A DNA stretch of 40,211 nt from NCBI GenBank assembly GCA_035649455.1, contig DASRJN010000577.1, forward strand, positions 1 through 40,211, written 5' to 3'. Each line of letters starts with the position of its first letter. Position 1 is the stretch's first letter. Below the pieces are notes generated by a model that did no database searches, was not told the origin of the DNA, and saw only the letters and a program-made list of their open reading frames with translations. Origin of the DNA: Acidimicrobiales bacterium (GTDB lineage: Bacteria > Actinomycetota > Acidimicrobiia > Acidimicrobiales > VFJN01). The translations under genes and the position numbers were made by a program. Below are positions 1 through 7,738 of this stretch, in pieces.

Positions 1-1
1 C

Positions 2-163
2 CCGGATCGCGTCCGCCGGGTCGCCGCCCGCTTCGCCTCCCCGGTGCCCCTGGGCGAGACGCTCCGCGTCCACCTCTACGACGCCGGGCCGGGGTGCTAC
101 GGCTTCGAAGCCGCCGGTGCCGGAGCCACCGTCATCACCCATGGCCTCACCGAGCTGCGGTGA
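2..163 (+). CDS. MaoC-like / hotdog-fold (R)-hydratase, C-terminal fragment (5-prime end outside window)
   Basis: Frame is open from the window edge to TGA 161-163. Translation PDRVRRVAARFASPVPLGETLRVHLYDAGPGCYGFEAAGAGATVITHGLTELR resembles the C-terminal RF..PV.PG.TL strand region of MaoC dehydratases. High GC3. Confidence 0.45.
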   Translation, partial: PDRVRRVAARFASPVPLGETLRVHLYDAGPGCYGFEAAGAGATVITHGLTELR

Positions 164-1691
164 GGGCAGCGGTCGCCCGGTTGTGGCTGCAACCGATGGC
201 GTTGCCGTCGGTGGAGCTGAGGCAGACCTGGTCGATGCCGGGCGGCGGGGCCACGACGTAGAAGGTCCACTCGCCGGCGGTCGTCGTCTCGGCCGGCAGC
301 TCGCCCGCGTCGGGAGCCCGGCTGGGGTCGTGGCCTCCGAGGATGAGGAAGTCGTTGGTCGTCGACGCCTCGGTGACGTACCACGTGCCATCGATCATCC
401 AATCGGCCCCGGTGTCGCCAAGCATGCCGGTCGCGCAGGCGAGCGGCCCATCGGCGGGACGGTCGAGGCACAACCGGTGGAAGTCGCCTTCACCGTGGAC
501 CTCCAAGCGGCCGATCGTGGTCTCGCCCGAGGCCAGGACGGGGAGGGCTGCGACGTTGGCCTCGGCCCCGGCCCCCAGGGCGGCCAGATCGGCCTCGCTC
601 ACGACGATCAACGACCCGGCGATCCGTTCCAGCTCCTCCCGGGTTGGCGCCTGCGGTCCCGAGCGGGCCTGGGGCTCGATGATGATCGATCGACCGTCGG
701 ACCAGTAGACCTCCAGCCTGAGCGACTCCTCGTCGAACGTGCTGACGGGTCGGTCGCCGCCTCCCACCGAGGCTCCCTGCCTGTACCACCCCGCGAGGTA
801 GCCGGCCGAGACCGCGCTGCCGGCCTCGGTGTGGATCCAGAAGCCGGGGCGATCGTCGGTCGAGTCGGAGGAGGGGGCTCCCTGGCTGTAGCTGAAGCTG
901 GCCTCGTAGCCCGCGGGCGCCCAGTCGTCGACCTCGCCCCGGAGGGCCCACGCCGGGTCGGACGGCGGAGCGAACCCGTCGGCCGGGTCATCCGAGCGCC
1001 ACTCCAACGAGTCCAGGACGGCGATCGCCTCGGCTCGGCTCGTCTCCTTGTACAGCGCCGTGATGCGGGCGTCCCGCTCCTCCCAGGAGATCGCGTCTCC
1101 GACGTCGTTCTCCGCTACATCCCAGCTGGGCCCGGCCTGGCCGGTCCGTCCCCGCACCGTGACCTGCTCTGCCGTGTCGGGCACGACGTCGTACTGGTCC
1201 GACACGATGTAGATGGCCCGGCCCTGGTCCGGGTCCCCGAACAGCTGGGGGATCGTCATCCCCGGCTCGGACAGCCGCTCGTCTCCCGACGAGGACGAGT
1301 AGTCGACCCCCCAGAGCTGCATGCCGGCGGGAAGCCCGGTGGGCACGAGCCAGCCGTCGGGCGGGTCCCCCAGGGGCGCGGTGCTGACCTGCTCCTCGGC
1401 CGGGCCGCTGCGCAACGCGATGGCGGCCACGGTCCCCAGCGCCATGGTGCGCCGCTTCTGCCAGGTGAGGCACAGGCGCACGACCACCGTGCGGAGGAAC
1501 CCCGCGGGGTTGGTCACGTCGTCGAAGCGTTCGAACAGGCGGAGGAAGGCGTCCTGAGCCAGCTCCTCGGCGACGGCCTGCGACCCCACCAGCAGCGCCG
1601 CCAAGCCCACGATGGCCCGCGACTCGGCCGTGTACACGTCGTCGAACGACGATCGCACCGCGTTGGCGACGTTCTCAGGCTCGGCCAACAC
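147..1691 (-). CDS. Sigma-70 region-2 (ECF-like) domain fused to a ~420-aa non-sigma C-terminal region; no recognisable region 4
   Basis: 514-aa ORF with GTG start. N-terminus FDDVYTAESRAIVGLAALLVGSQAVAEELAQDAFLRLFERFDDVTNPAGFLRTVVVRLCLTWQKRR reads as ECF sigma region 2. After about residue 85 there is no HTH/region-4 pattern and no convincing TM helix. 17-bp convergent overlap with the MaoC-like gene. Confidence 0.6.
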   Translation of the reverse strand: MLAEPENVANAVRSSFDDVYTAESRAIVGLAALLVGSQAVAEELAQDAFLRLFERFDDVTNPAGFLRTVVVRLCLTWQKRRTMALGTVAAIALRSGPAEEQVSTAPLGDPPDGWLVPTGLPAGMQLWGVDYSSSSGDERLSEPGMTIPQLFGDPDQGRAIYIVSDQYDVVPDTAEQVTVRGRTGQAGPSWDVAENDVGDAISWEERDARITALYKETSRAEAIAVLDSLEWRSDDPADGFAPPSDPAWALRGEVDDWAPAGYEASFSYSQGAPSSDSTDDRPGFWIHTEAGSAVSAGYLAGWYRQGASVGGGDRPVSTFDEESLRLEVYWSDGRSIIIEPQARSGPQAPTREELERIAGSLIVVSEADLAALGAGAEANVAALPVLASGETTIGRLEVHGEGDFHRLCLDRPADGPLACATGMLGDTGADWMIDGTWYVTEASTTNDFLILGGHDPSRAPDAGELPAETTTAGEWTFYVVAPPPGIDQVCLSSTDGNAIGCSHNRATAALTAAR

Positions 1692-1796
1692 GGCACATCC
1701 CCATCGCGCTCATGGCCCCAACGACCATCGATCCCGCCGAAATGTTCCCGCACTAGCGTCGAGCTCGTCGGATGACGTTGTCCCGCTCGACGGAGG

Positions 1797-2822
1797 GTGG
1801 CCGTGACGGAGACCTCGCGATACGTGGCGTACTCGCCCGCGCTGGCGTGGCTGCTGGAGCATCCGGAGGTCGGCGTCGCCGCCCGGCAGGCTGCCGGCCG
1901 GCCCGGCGAAGCCTTCGCCGACGCGGTGCTGGCCGATCCCAGCCGGCTCGTCGACCTGCACCGGGTGGTGGTGGTCGAGTCGCTGGCGTCCGGCACGCCC
2001 GCCGGGGCCACCGACGAGCTGATCCGCATCTTCCGGCACGTCGAGGCGCGGGCGGCCGAGCCGAGCACGGCTCGCCAGGCACTCCTGCCGGTGGTCGCAC
2101 CGCTCAAGGGCCTGCGCGACCGCCACGAGATCGTGCCCGCCCTGCGGGCGGCGGCGGACAAGGTCACCGACCTGCCCACTCGCGAACGGGTCCTCGAGCT
2201 CGCCGACTTCGTCAGCCACGAGCCCACCCTCAAGCGGGAGGGACGGTTCGGGCAGGTGGTGGTGGAGCTGCCGATCCCCAGCGAGCCCACCCCCGACCCG
2301 GGGCCGAGCGGGCCGGTGCGCCCCAAGACGCCGGCGGGCAAGCCGCCCGGCGAGCCCGTGGTCCCGGTGGTGGTCCAGGGCAGCCCCGAGCTCGAGCTGC
2401 TCGACCAGGCTGCCACCGCCGGGAGTGAGGCGGCGGTCGAGTGGGCCAAGGAAGCCGGCTACCCCACCAAGGACGCGGCGCCGGCCGGCGAGCGGTATGC
2501 GACGGAGGTGGCCCTCGAGATCATGTACGGGGGCATCGGCGAGGGCAGCGTGGGCGCTAGCCGCTGCCTGCTCGCGGAGGTGCTGGCCCGGGTCGGCTTC
2601 CTGGTCGGTTACGGCCCCGGCCGCGAGAGCGGATGGGCCTTCGGATCGGACGCCTGCGAGTCGCCCACCCCGCACGGGGTCGACACCGCCATCCGGGACT
2701 TCGCCCAGGCGATGCAGGGCGAGCCCGTGAACGAGCTGACCACGGTCTCGATGGTGGCGTGTGTCGTCTGCGACTTCTGCGTCCCGTGCATGGTCGCCGA
2801 CCTGATCCTCCTGAGGAGCTAG
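1797..2822 (+). CDS. Hypothetical protein with Pro-rich linker and C-terminal hydrophobic CxxCxxCxxC tail
   Basis: 341-aa ORF. GGAGG at 1792-1796 favours the in-frame GTG at 1803 over GTG 1797. Linker PSEPTPDPGPSGPVRPKTPAGKPPGEPVVP; tail VACVVCDFCVPCMVADLILLRS. Divergent from the sigma-like gene. Confidence 0.5.
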   Translation: MAVTETSRYVAYSPALAWLLEHPEVGVAARQAAGRPGEAFADAVLADPSRLVDLHRVVVVESLASGTPAGATDELIRIFRHVEARAAEPSTARQALLPVVAPLKGLRDRHEIVPALRAAADKVTDLPTRERVLELADFVSHEPTLKREGRFGQVVVELPIPSEPTPDPGPSGPVRPKTPAGKPPGEPVVPVVVQGSPELELLDQAATAGSEAAVEWAKEAGYPTKDAAPAGERYATEVALEIMYGGIGEGSVGASRCLLAEVLARVGFLVGYGPGRESGWAFGSDACESPTPHGVDTAIRDFAQAMQGEPVNELTTVSMVACVVCDFCVPCMVADLILLRS

Positions 2823-3481
2823 CCCTTCGGGTGAGGGGCCCGGCGGCTGCGGTCGAGGAGGCCGGGATCCAGCAGGACCGCCTTGGGCTCGGCCATGTGG
2901 CCCGTCGTCCAGTAGACGCTGTGCTGGCCGTGGAGCTCGGTGGCAAGGGCCCGGCGGGCGGCCGGGCTGTGGAAGCGCTCCTGGTAGAGCCAGACGGCGA
3001 ACTCGCCGTGGCGGTCGAAGCCCAGACTCAGCCCGGCGTGGCCCAGGATGTCGTGCACGGCGCGGAAGCGGTCGTATTCGCCACCCCGCGTGCTGTCCAT
3101 GAGCGGGTGGCGCCGGTGGAGATCGGTGGCGACCGTGGCCACTTCGAGCAGCCCATCATCCGAGACCGAGGCGATCAGCTCCGCCGAGTCCCGATAGGGG
3201 ACGGGGCTGGTCGTGAAGCACACCCGGACCGGATCGGGCTGATCGGGGCAGGTGATCAGCCCGAACAGCCGGTCCGACTCGGCGACGAGGCGCGCATAGG
3301 CCACCCGGGTGAGCGGATCGAGGCGGATGCGGGCGCCGGCGTAGGCGGCGGCGACGTCGCGGGCCGCCGCGTCGTCGACCCGCCGGTCGACGAGGCCCTT
3401 CACGGTACGGCGGTCGCTTCGAACATCTTCAACTCCTTGGTCGACGGCCTCGCGCGTCCGCGGCGGGCCGTGATCCAGCAT
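2819..3481 (-). CDS. Hypothetical protein (HDILGH motif), start uncertain
   Basis: Only the 3-prime third of the 583-aa track ORF 2819..4570 looks like protein, with good GC3 (..YDRFRAVHDILGHAGLSLGFDRHGEFAVWLYQERFHSP..). In-frame ATG at 3481; alternative GTG at 3403 coupled to an 8-codon leader ORF. Shares a CTAG stop overlap with the upstream + strand gene. Confidence 0.5.
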   Translation of the reverse strand: MLDHGPPRTREAVDQGVEDVRSDRRTVKGLVDRRVDDAAARDVAAAYAGARIRLDPLTRVAYARLVAESDRLFGLITCPDQPDPVRVCFTTSPVPYRDSAELIASVSDDGLLEVATVATDLHRRHPLMDSTRGGEYDRFRAVHDILGHAGLSLGFDRHGEFAVWLYQERFHSPAARRALATELHGQHSVYWTTGHMAEPKAVLLDPGLLDRSRRAPHPKG

Positions 3482-3534
3482 CGCTCCGGGGGCGGGGCCA
3501 TCGCATCCGTGGGAGTCCCGGGCGCGGTCGACCA

Positions 3535-3554
3535 GGAACTCACTAGGGAGTTCC
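3535..3554. promoter_or_regulatory. Perfect 7-bp inverted repeat GGAACTC-N6-GAGTTCC nested inside an outer repeat GGGAGTCC (3511-3518) / GGACTCCC (3567-3574)
   Basis: Read directly. Lies in the unusually long divergent intergenic region 3482-3718. Confidence 0.45.
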
Positions 3555-3718
3555 ACGGAGGCGATCGGACTCCCCGGGCGCGACGCTGGCCCTGCCAGCA
3601 AAGAAAGGACACGCCCAGAGGGCCCGGTCATGAGCATGTACCTGTCCAACTCCGACCTGCAGCCGACCGGCTTCGAGCCCGGCGAGTTCATCGACATTCC
3701 CGTCAAGGAGAGTGACCC

Positions 3719-4552
3719 ATGGAGACCCGAGGCCGACAGTCCGCCCCCGCCTACCTCCGCGGCATGCCCACCTCCAGCTGGGCCGACGCCAGCACCCCGC
3801 ACACCATGAAGGTCGTCGTCATCGGCGGCAGCGGGCTGATCGGGTCCAAGCTCGTCGCCAAGCTCCGCGAGCACGGGCACGAGGTCGTGGCGGCCTCGCC
3901 CGACTCGGGCGTCAACACGCTCACCGGCGAGGGCCTGGCCGGCGCCGTCGAAGGTGCCGACGTGGTGGTCGACGTCTCGAACTCCCCGTCCTTCGAGGAC
4001 GCAGCCGTGCTGGAGTTCTTCCAGACCTCGACCGGCAACCTGCTCGCGGCCGAAGCCGCGGCGGGCGTGCGGCACCACGTGGCCTTGTCGGTCGTGGGGA
4101 CCGAGCGCCTGACCGAGAGCGGCTACTTCCGGGCCAAGATCGCGCAGGAGAACCTGATCAAGGGCTCCGGCATCCCGTATTCGATCGTCCACGCGACCCA
4201 GTTCTTCGAGTTCGTCGCCCGGATCGCGGACGACGCCACCGACGGCAAGAGCGTGCGCCTGGCTCCGGTGCTCATCCAGCCCATGGCCGCCGACGATGTG
4301 GCCGCCGCCGTGGGCGAGGTCAGCGTCGGCTCGCCGGCCAACGGCATCGTCGAGGTCGCGGGGCCCGAGCAGCTCCGGCTCGACGAGCTCATCGGTCGCG
4401 CCCTGCGCGACCGCCACGACTCTCGCGAAGTCGTGGCCGACCCCGAGGCGCGGTACTTCGGCGCCCGGCTCCGGGAGCGCACGCTGGTCCCCGGCGACGG
4501 CGCTCGGCTCGCCTCGACGACGTTCGAGGAGTGGCTCGGCCAGGCTCGGTAG
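3719..4552 (+). CDS. NmrA-like / atypical SDR NAD(P)-binding oxidoreductase
   Basis: Rossmann motif MKVVVIGGSGLIGSKLV, then ..VSNSPSFED.., ..YFRAK... AAGGAG at 3704-3709 and about 93% GC3 over 3719-3805 support ATG 3719. ATG 3806, directly before the Rossmann motif, is the alternative start. Confidence 0.8.
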   Translation: METRGRQSAPAYLRGMPTSSWADASTPHTMKVVVIGGSGLIGSKLVAKLREHGHEVVAASPDSGVNTLTGEGLAGAVEGADVVVDVSNSPSFEDAAVLEFFQTSTGNLLAAEAAAGVRHHVALSVVGTERLTESGYFRAKIAQENLIKGSGIPYSIVHATQFFEFVARIADDATDGKSVRLAPVLIQPMAADDVAAAVGEVSVGSPANGIVEVAGPEQLRLDELIGRALRDRHDSREVVADPEARYFGARLRERTLVPGDGARLASTTFEEWLGQAR

Positions 4553-4581
4553 GTCCTCACGCGGCGGCAAGGCGAACCTTC

Positions 4582-4616
4582 TTGACCGATACAGAACACT
4601 CGGCTACTGTATCGGT
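4582..4616 (+). promoter_or_regulatory. Candidate promoter TTGACC-N17-TACTGT overlapped by perfect 10-bp inverted repeat ACCGATACAG-N12-CTGTATCGGT
   Basis: Read directly: -35 at 4582-4587, -10 at 4605-4610, arms at 4585-4594 and 4607-4616. Locally AT-richer. 185 nt upstream of the LacI gene. Confidence 0.45.
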
Positions 4617-4801
4617 ACAGAACCCGATCCGAGAGGGGTCGCCATGCCTCCGTACTTCGTGTTGGCCCAGCTCTACGCCGAGGGGTCCGTGCGCCGGTTC
4701 GCCCACCGGGCCCTGCCCGGCGCACCGGTCCGGCGGTCCCGGCCGAGACGCCGCCCCCACTGATCCTTCCCTGGCTCGCCCGGAGCGACCAGGGTGGTGG
4801 G

Positions 4802-5863
4802 ATGGCGAGGGTGACGCTCCAGACGATCGCCGACCGGCTCGGCGTGAGCCGCATGACCGTCTCCAACGCGTTCTCCCGCCCGGACCAGCTGTCCGCCGAG
4901 CTGCGCGAGCGCGTGCTCGCCACCGCCCAGGAGCTGGGCTACGTCGGGCCCGATCCCGCGGGCCGGGCCCTCGCCCGGGGCACCACCGGAGCGGTCGGAG
5001 TGCTGCTGACCGACTCGCTGCAGTACTCCTTCGCCGACGAGGTGGCCACCAACTTCATGCGGGCCGTGGTGGACGAAATGGCGCCCACCGGGCTCGCGCT
5101 CACCTTGCTGACCTCACACGACCGGGACGACGTGGTGCCGGCCCGGGACCTGGCCATGGACGGCGCCCTGGTGTACTCGTGCCGTCCGGACTCGTCCGCG
5201 CGCGACTGGCTGCTCCGCCGCCAGCTGCCCGTGGTGTTCGTCGACCAGGACCCGGTGCCCGGCATCACCAGCATCAACGTCGACGACCGGGGCGGTGCCC
5301 GCGCCGCGGCGCAGCACATCATCGACCTCGGGCACCGGCGAGTGGCCATCATCACCCTGGCGGTAGGCGAGCCGGGCGGCCCCGTGGACGACCCGTTGGC
5401 GGCGGCCGTCGGTCATCCGCAACGCCAGCGCATGCTCGGCTGGCTCGACGCCCTGGAGGCCGCGGGCGTGCACCCCACCGTCGTCCAGGCGTCGGCCAAC
5501 ACCGACGACGACGCCATCGAGGCGGCCCGCTCGGTGCTGCTCGCCCAGCCGCGGCCCACCGCCGTGCTGTGCTTCTCCGACGTGCTGGCACTCGGCGTCG
5601 TGACGGTCGCGGAGGAGCTCGGGTCGGCGGTCCCCGGCGACCTGTCCGTGGTCGGCTTCGACGACAGCCCCGTCGCCCGGCGCAGCCGCCCCCCGCTCAC
5701 CACGGTCCGCCAGGATGTCGCCGGCAAGGGCCGCCTCGCCGCCGATGCCCTCCTCAAGGCCATCGATCACCGCCGCTCGGGCACCAAGGCCCCGGTGAGG
5801 CATCGGACGATCCCTACCGAGCTCGTCGTGCGGCGGAGCACCGGGCCGGCTCCGGCAGAATGA
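4802..5863 (+). CDS. LacI family transcriptional regulator
   Basis: N-terminal HTH VTLQTIADRLGVSRMTVSNAFSRPDQLSAELRERVLATAQELGYVGPDPAGRAL followed by a periplasmic-binding-protein-like effector domain (..VVGFDDSP..TTVRQD..). Confidence 0.85.
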   Translation: MARVTLQTIADRLGVSRMTVSNAFSRPDQLSAELRERVLATAQELGYVGPDPAGRALARGTTGAVGVLLTDSLQYSFADEVATNFMRAVVDEMAPTGLALTLLTSHDRDDVVPARDLAMDGALVYSCRPDSSARDWLLRRQLPVVFVDQDPVPGITSINVDDRGGARAAAQHIIDLGHRRVAIITLAVGEPGGPVDDPLAAAVGHPQRQRMLGWLDALEAAGVHPTVVQASANTDDDAIEAARSVLLAQPRPTAVLCFSDVLALGVVTVAEELGSAVPGDLSVVGFDDSPVARRSRPPLTTVRQDVAGKGRLAADALLKAIDHRRSGTKAPVRHRTIPTELVVRRSTGPAPAE

Positions 5864-6369
5864 GCCCGATGGACTACGCGGGCCTGGTGAAGAGCCTGGA
5901 CCTCCCGGCCGGGTTCCGGCCGCCGCGGGACCTGGCGTACGAGGACATCCGGGCGTCGGTGCTGACCCGGGCCGATCTCGACGACGACGTGAGCGGCATC
6001 AACGCCAGCCTCGACCTGATCGCCCGCACCCGGGGCGGCGGGTGGCCGACCGAGGCGGTCACACCGGAGGACAACTACGCGGACCTGGTGTGGCACGAAC
6101 TCGAGTTCCGGGAGGGGTACTCGTTCTCCTATGTGGTGCGCGATGACTCCGGCCGGTACCTCGGGTGCTGCTACCTGTACCCGATGGGGCGGCGGGTGGC
6201 TCTGACCGAGGACCTGCTGCGCCACGACGTCGACGTGAGCTGGTGGGTGACCGGCGAGGCGTATGAGCGCGGCTACTACGCCAAGCTCTACGACGCCCTG
6301 GCCCGGTGGGTCGTCACCGAGTTCCCGTTCCGCAGGCCCTACTACTCCAACCAGGAGCTGCCGCGGTAG
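5860..6369 (+). CDS. GNAT-like acetyltransferase-fold protein (family assignment from memory of actinobacterial homologues)
   Basis: ATG 5860 overlaps the LacI stop (ATGA). The 169-aa translation ..DDDVSGINASLDLIARTRGGGWPTE..LVWHELEFREG..GCCYLYPMGRR..VSWWV..YYSNQE matches a conserved actinobacterial family usually annotated GNAT. Confidence 0.5.
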   Translation: MSPMDYAGLVKSLDLPAGFRPPRDLAYEDIRASVLTRADLDDDVSGINASLDLIARTRGGGWPTEAVTPEDNYADLVWHELEFREGYSFSYVVRDDSGRYLGCCYLYPMGRRVALTEDLLRHDVDVSWWVTGEAYERGYYAKLYDALARWVVTEFPFRRPYYSNQELPR

Positions 6370-6370
6370 G

Positions 6371-7738
6371 TCACAGGATGCGCTCCACCGCCTCGCCCAG
6401 CTGGCGGAGCGTGCGGACCTCGAAGACCCCGCGGCAGTGGGGGGCATAGGCGCCGAGCACCGAGTCGGTGACGTCCCACTGGTCGCGGGGCTCGGGGTTG
6501 AGCCAATAGACGGCCCGCGCCCGGTGCGAGAGCTCGGCCAGGGTGGAGGCGCCGGTGGGCCGGTAGTTGTTGCGGGCGTCGCCGGTGATGATCACCGTGG
6601 AGCGGTCGCCGAGGGCGCGCCCGTGTTGGTCGCGGAACTGGGCCAGCACCGTGCCGTAGTCGGAGTGCCCGTCGGCACCGATGACCCGGCCGCGCTGGAG
6701 GATCTGCCACGGCTCCACCACTCCCGGGCAGGCGTCGACCACGTCGGTGATCTCGTCCACGGCGTCCACGAAGGCGAAGGACCGGGTGGCGGCCAGCTCC
6801 CCGGCCAGGGCCGAGATGAGCGTCAGCGTGAAGCCGGCGAAGTCGGCCACCGAGCCGGACACATCGCACAGGGTGAACACTTCGGGCCGGTGGGCGTGGG
6901 GGCGGCGGTAAGCCACGTCGAGAGGCACGCCGCCCGTGCCCACCGACCGCCGGGCGGTGCGCTTCATGTCCACCGCCCCCGACCGCAAGCTCTGGCGGCG
7001 GCGCCGCAGGCGGGCGGCCAGGCGGCGGGCCAGCGGCCGCACCGCGGCGCGCACCTCGGCCAGCTCGCCCGCGGTGGCCCGGGCCAGCTCCACGTCGAAC
7101 GGGCTGGTCAAGGGAGCCAGCAGCCCGGGATCGCCGGCGACGGCCAGCCGGGCTCGCACCTCCTCGGTGATGAGCCGGCGCAGCGCCTCCACCCGGGCCG
7201 ACACCTCGGCGCGGGACAGCTCGTCCCCCCGCTCCCGGGCCCGGCGCAGGGCGTCGTGCAGCAGGTGGGCCAGCTCGACCGCCCGCAGCACCCGGTAGAC
7301 GTGGTAGCGCTCGCTGCGGGCGCCCTGCTCGAAGCCGGCGTGGCGGGCCACCGCCTCCTCGGCCAGCAGCCGCAGCTCGGCCTCGGTGCCGGCGTCGACC
7401 GCGGCCCGCACCCGCTCTCCCAGCGCGGGAGTTGCCGCGGGCGCGACGATCCCCGGCGGTGGCGGCGCCAGCGGGGCCGGGTCTCCGGGCGCGGGCGGGC
7501 GGGCCGGAAAGCTCACGTCGAACAGCGCGTCGAAGCGGGGCAGCTCGTGCGCGTGCTTGACCAGCGTGGTCCGCAACGCCATGCGCAACTCCTCGCGGTC
7601 GGCCAGCTCGATGTGGCGCAGCGCCTCCGCCGCGTCGAGCAGCTGGGACAGCGCGACGTCGACTCCGGCGGAGCGCAGCCCGGACGCCAGCGCGAGGACC
7701 CGGTCCCACAGCGCGTCGCCCGCGGCGGCGGTGCTCAT
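6371..7738 (-). CDS. VWA domain protein, CoxE-like
   Basis: 455 aa from ATG 7738, which forms an ATGA overlap with the IclR stop. MIDAS motif in VFTLCDVSGSVADF, C-terminal ..IITGDARNNY..VYWLNPEP.. typical of the CoxE family. No MoxR/CoxD ATPase nearby. Confidence 0.7.
   Translation of the reverse strand: MSTAAAGDALWDRVLALASGLRSAGVDVALSQLLDAAEALRHIELADREELRMALRTTLVKHAHELPRFDALFDVSFPARPPAPGDPAPLAPPPPGIVAPAATPALGERVRAAVDAGTEAELRLLAEEAVARHAGFEQGARSERYHVYRVLRAVELAHLLHDALRRARERGDELSRAEVSARVEALRRLITEEVRARLAVAGDPGLLAPLTSPFDVELARATAGELAEVRAAVRPLARRLAARLRRRRQSLRSGAVDMKRTARRSVGTGGVPLDVAYRRPHAHRPEVFTLCDVSGSVADFAGFTLTLISALAGELAATRSFAFVDAVDEITDVVDACPGVVEPWQILQRGRVIGADGHSDYGTVLAQFRDQHGRALGDRSTVIITGDARNNYRPTGASTLAELSHRARAVYWLNPEPRDQWDVTDSVLGAYAPHCRGVFEVRTLRQLGEAVERIL

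Noticed and set aside
117-1775. 552-aa + strand ORF, and similar shadows at 6263-8089, 8888-10405, 10038-11720, 21390-22727, 32580-34334 and 34256-35740
   Set aside because: All are antisense or frame-shifted shadows of genes with recognisable domains. Their compositions are dominated by Arg, Gly, Pro and Ala.
2819-2822. CTAG shared by two convergent stop codons (TAG on both strands)
   Set aside because: It is a real but trivial consequence of the TAG palindrome and has no functional implication.
2819-4570. 583-aa minus-strand ORF taken at face value
   Set aside because: The upstream two thirds is antisense to the NmrA-like gene and reads as Gly/Arg/Asp/Leu low complexity. Only 2819-3481 (or 2819-3403) is retained.
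4644-4763. 39-codon ORF MPPYFVLAQLYAEGSVRRFAHRALPGAPVRRSRPRRRPH in the LacI leader
   Set aside because: The second half is Arg/Pro junk with weak codon bias, and no family is recognised. It is mentioned under the promoter finding but not called as a gene.
3712-6369. 885-aa + strand ORF, the longest in the track
   Set aside because: The translation is Arg/Pro/Gly/Ala low-complexity for its first ~715 codons and runs out of frame across the NmrA-like and LacI genes, which have clear family motifs. Only the last 169 codons (5860-6369) look like a real protein. This is a typical high-GC run-on.
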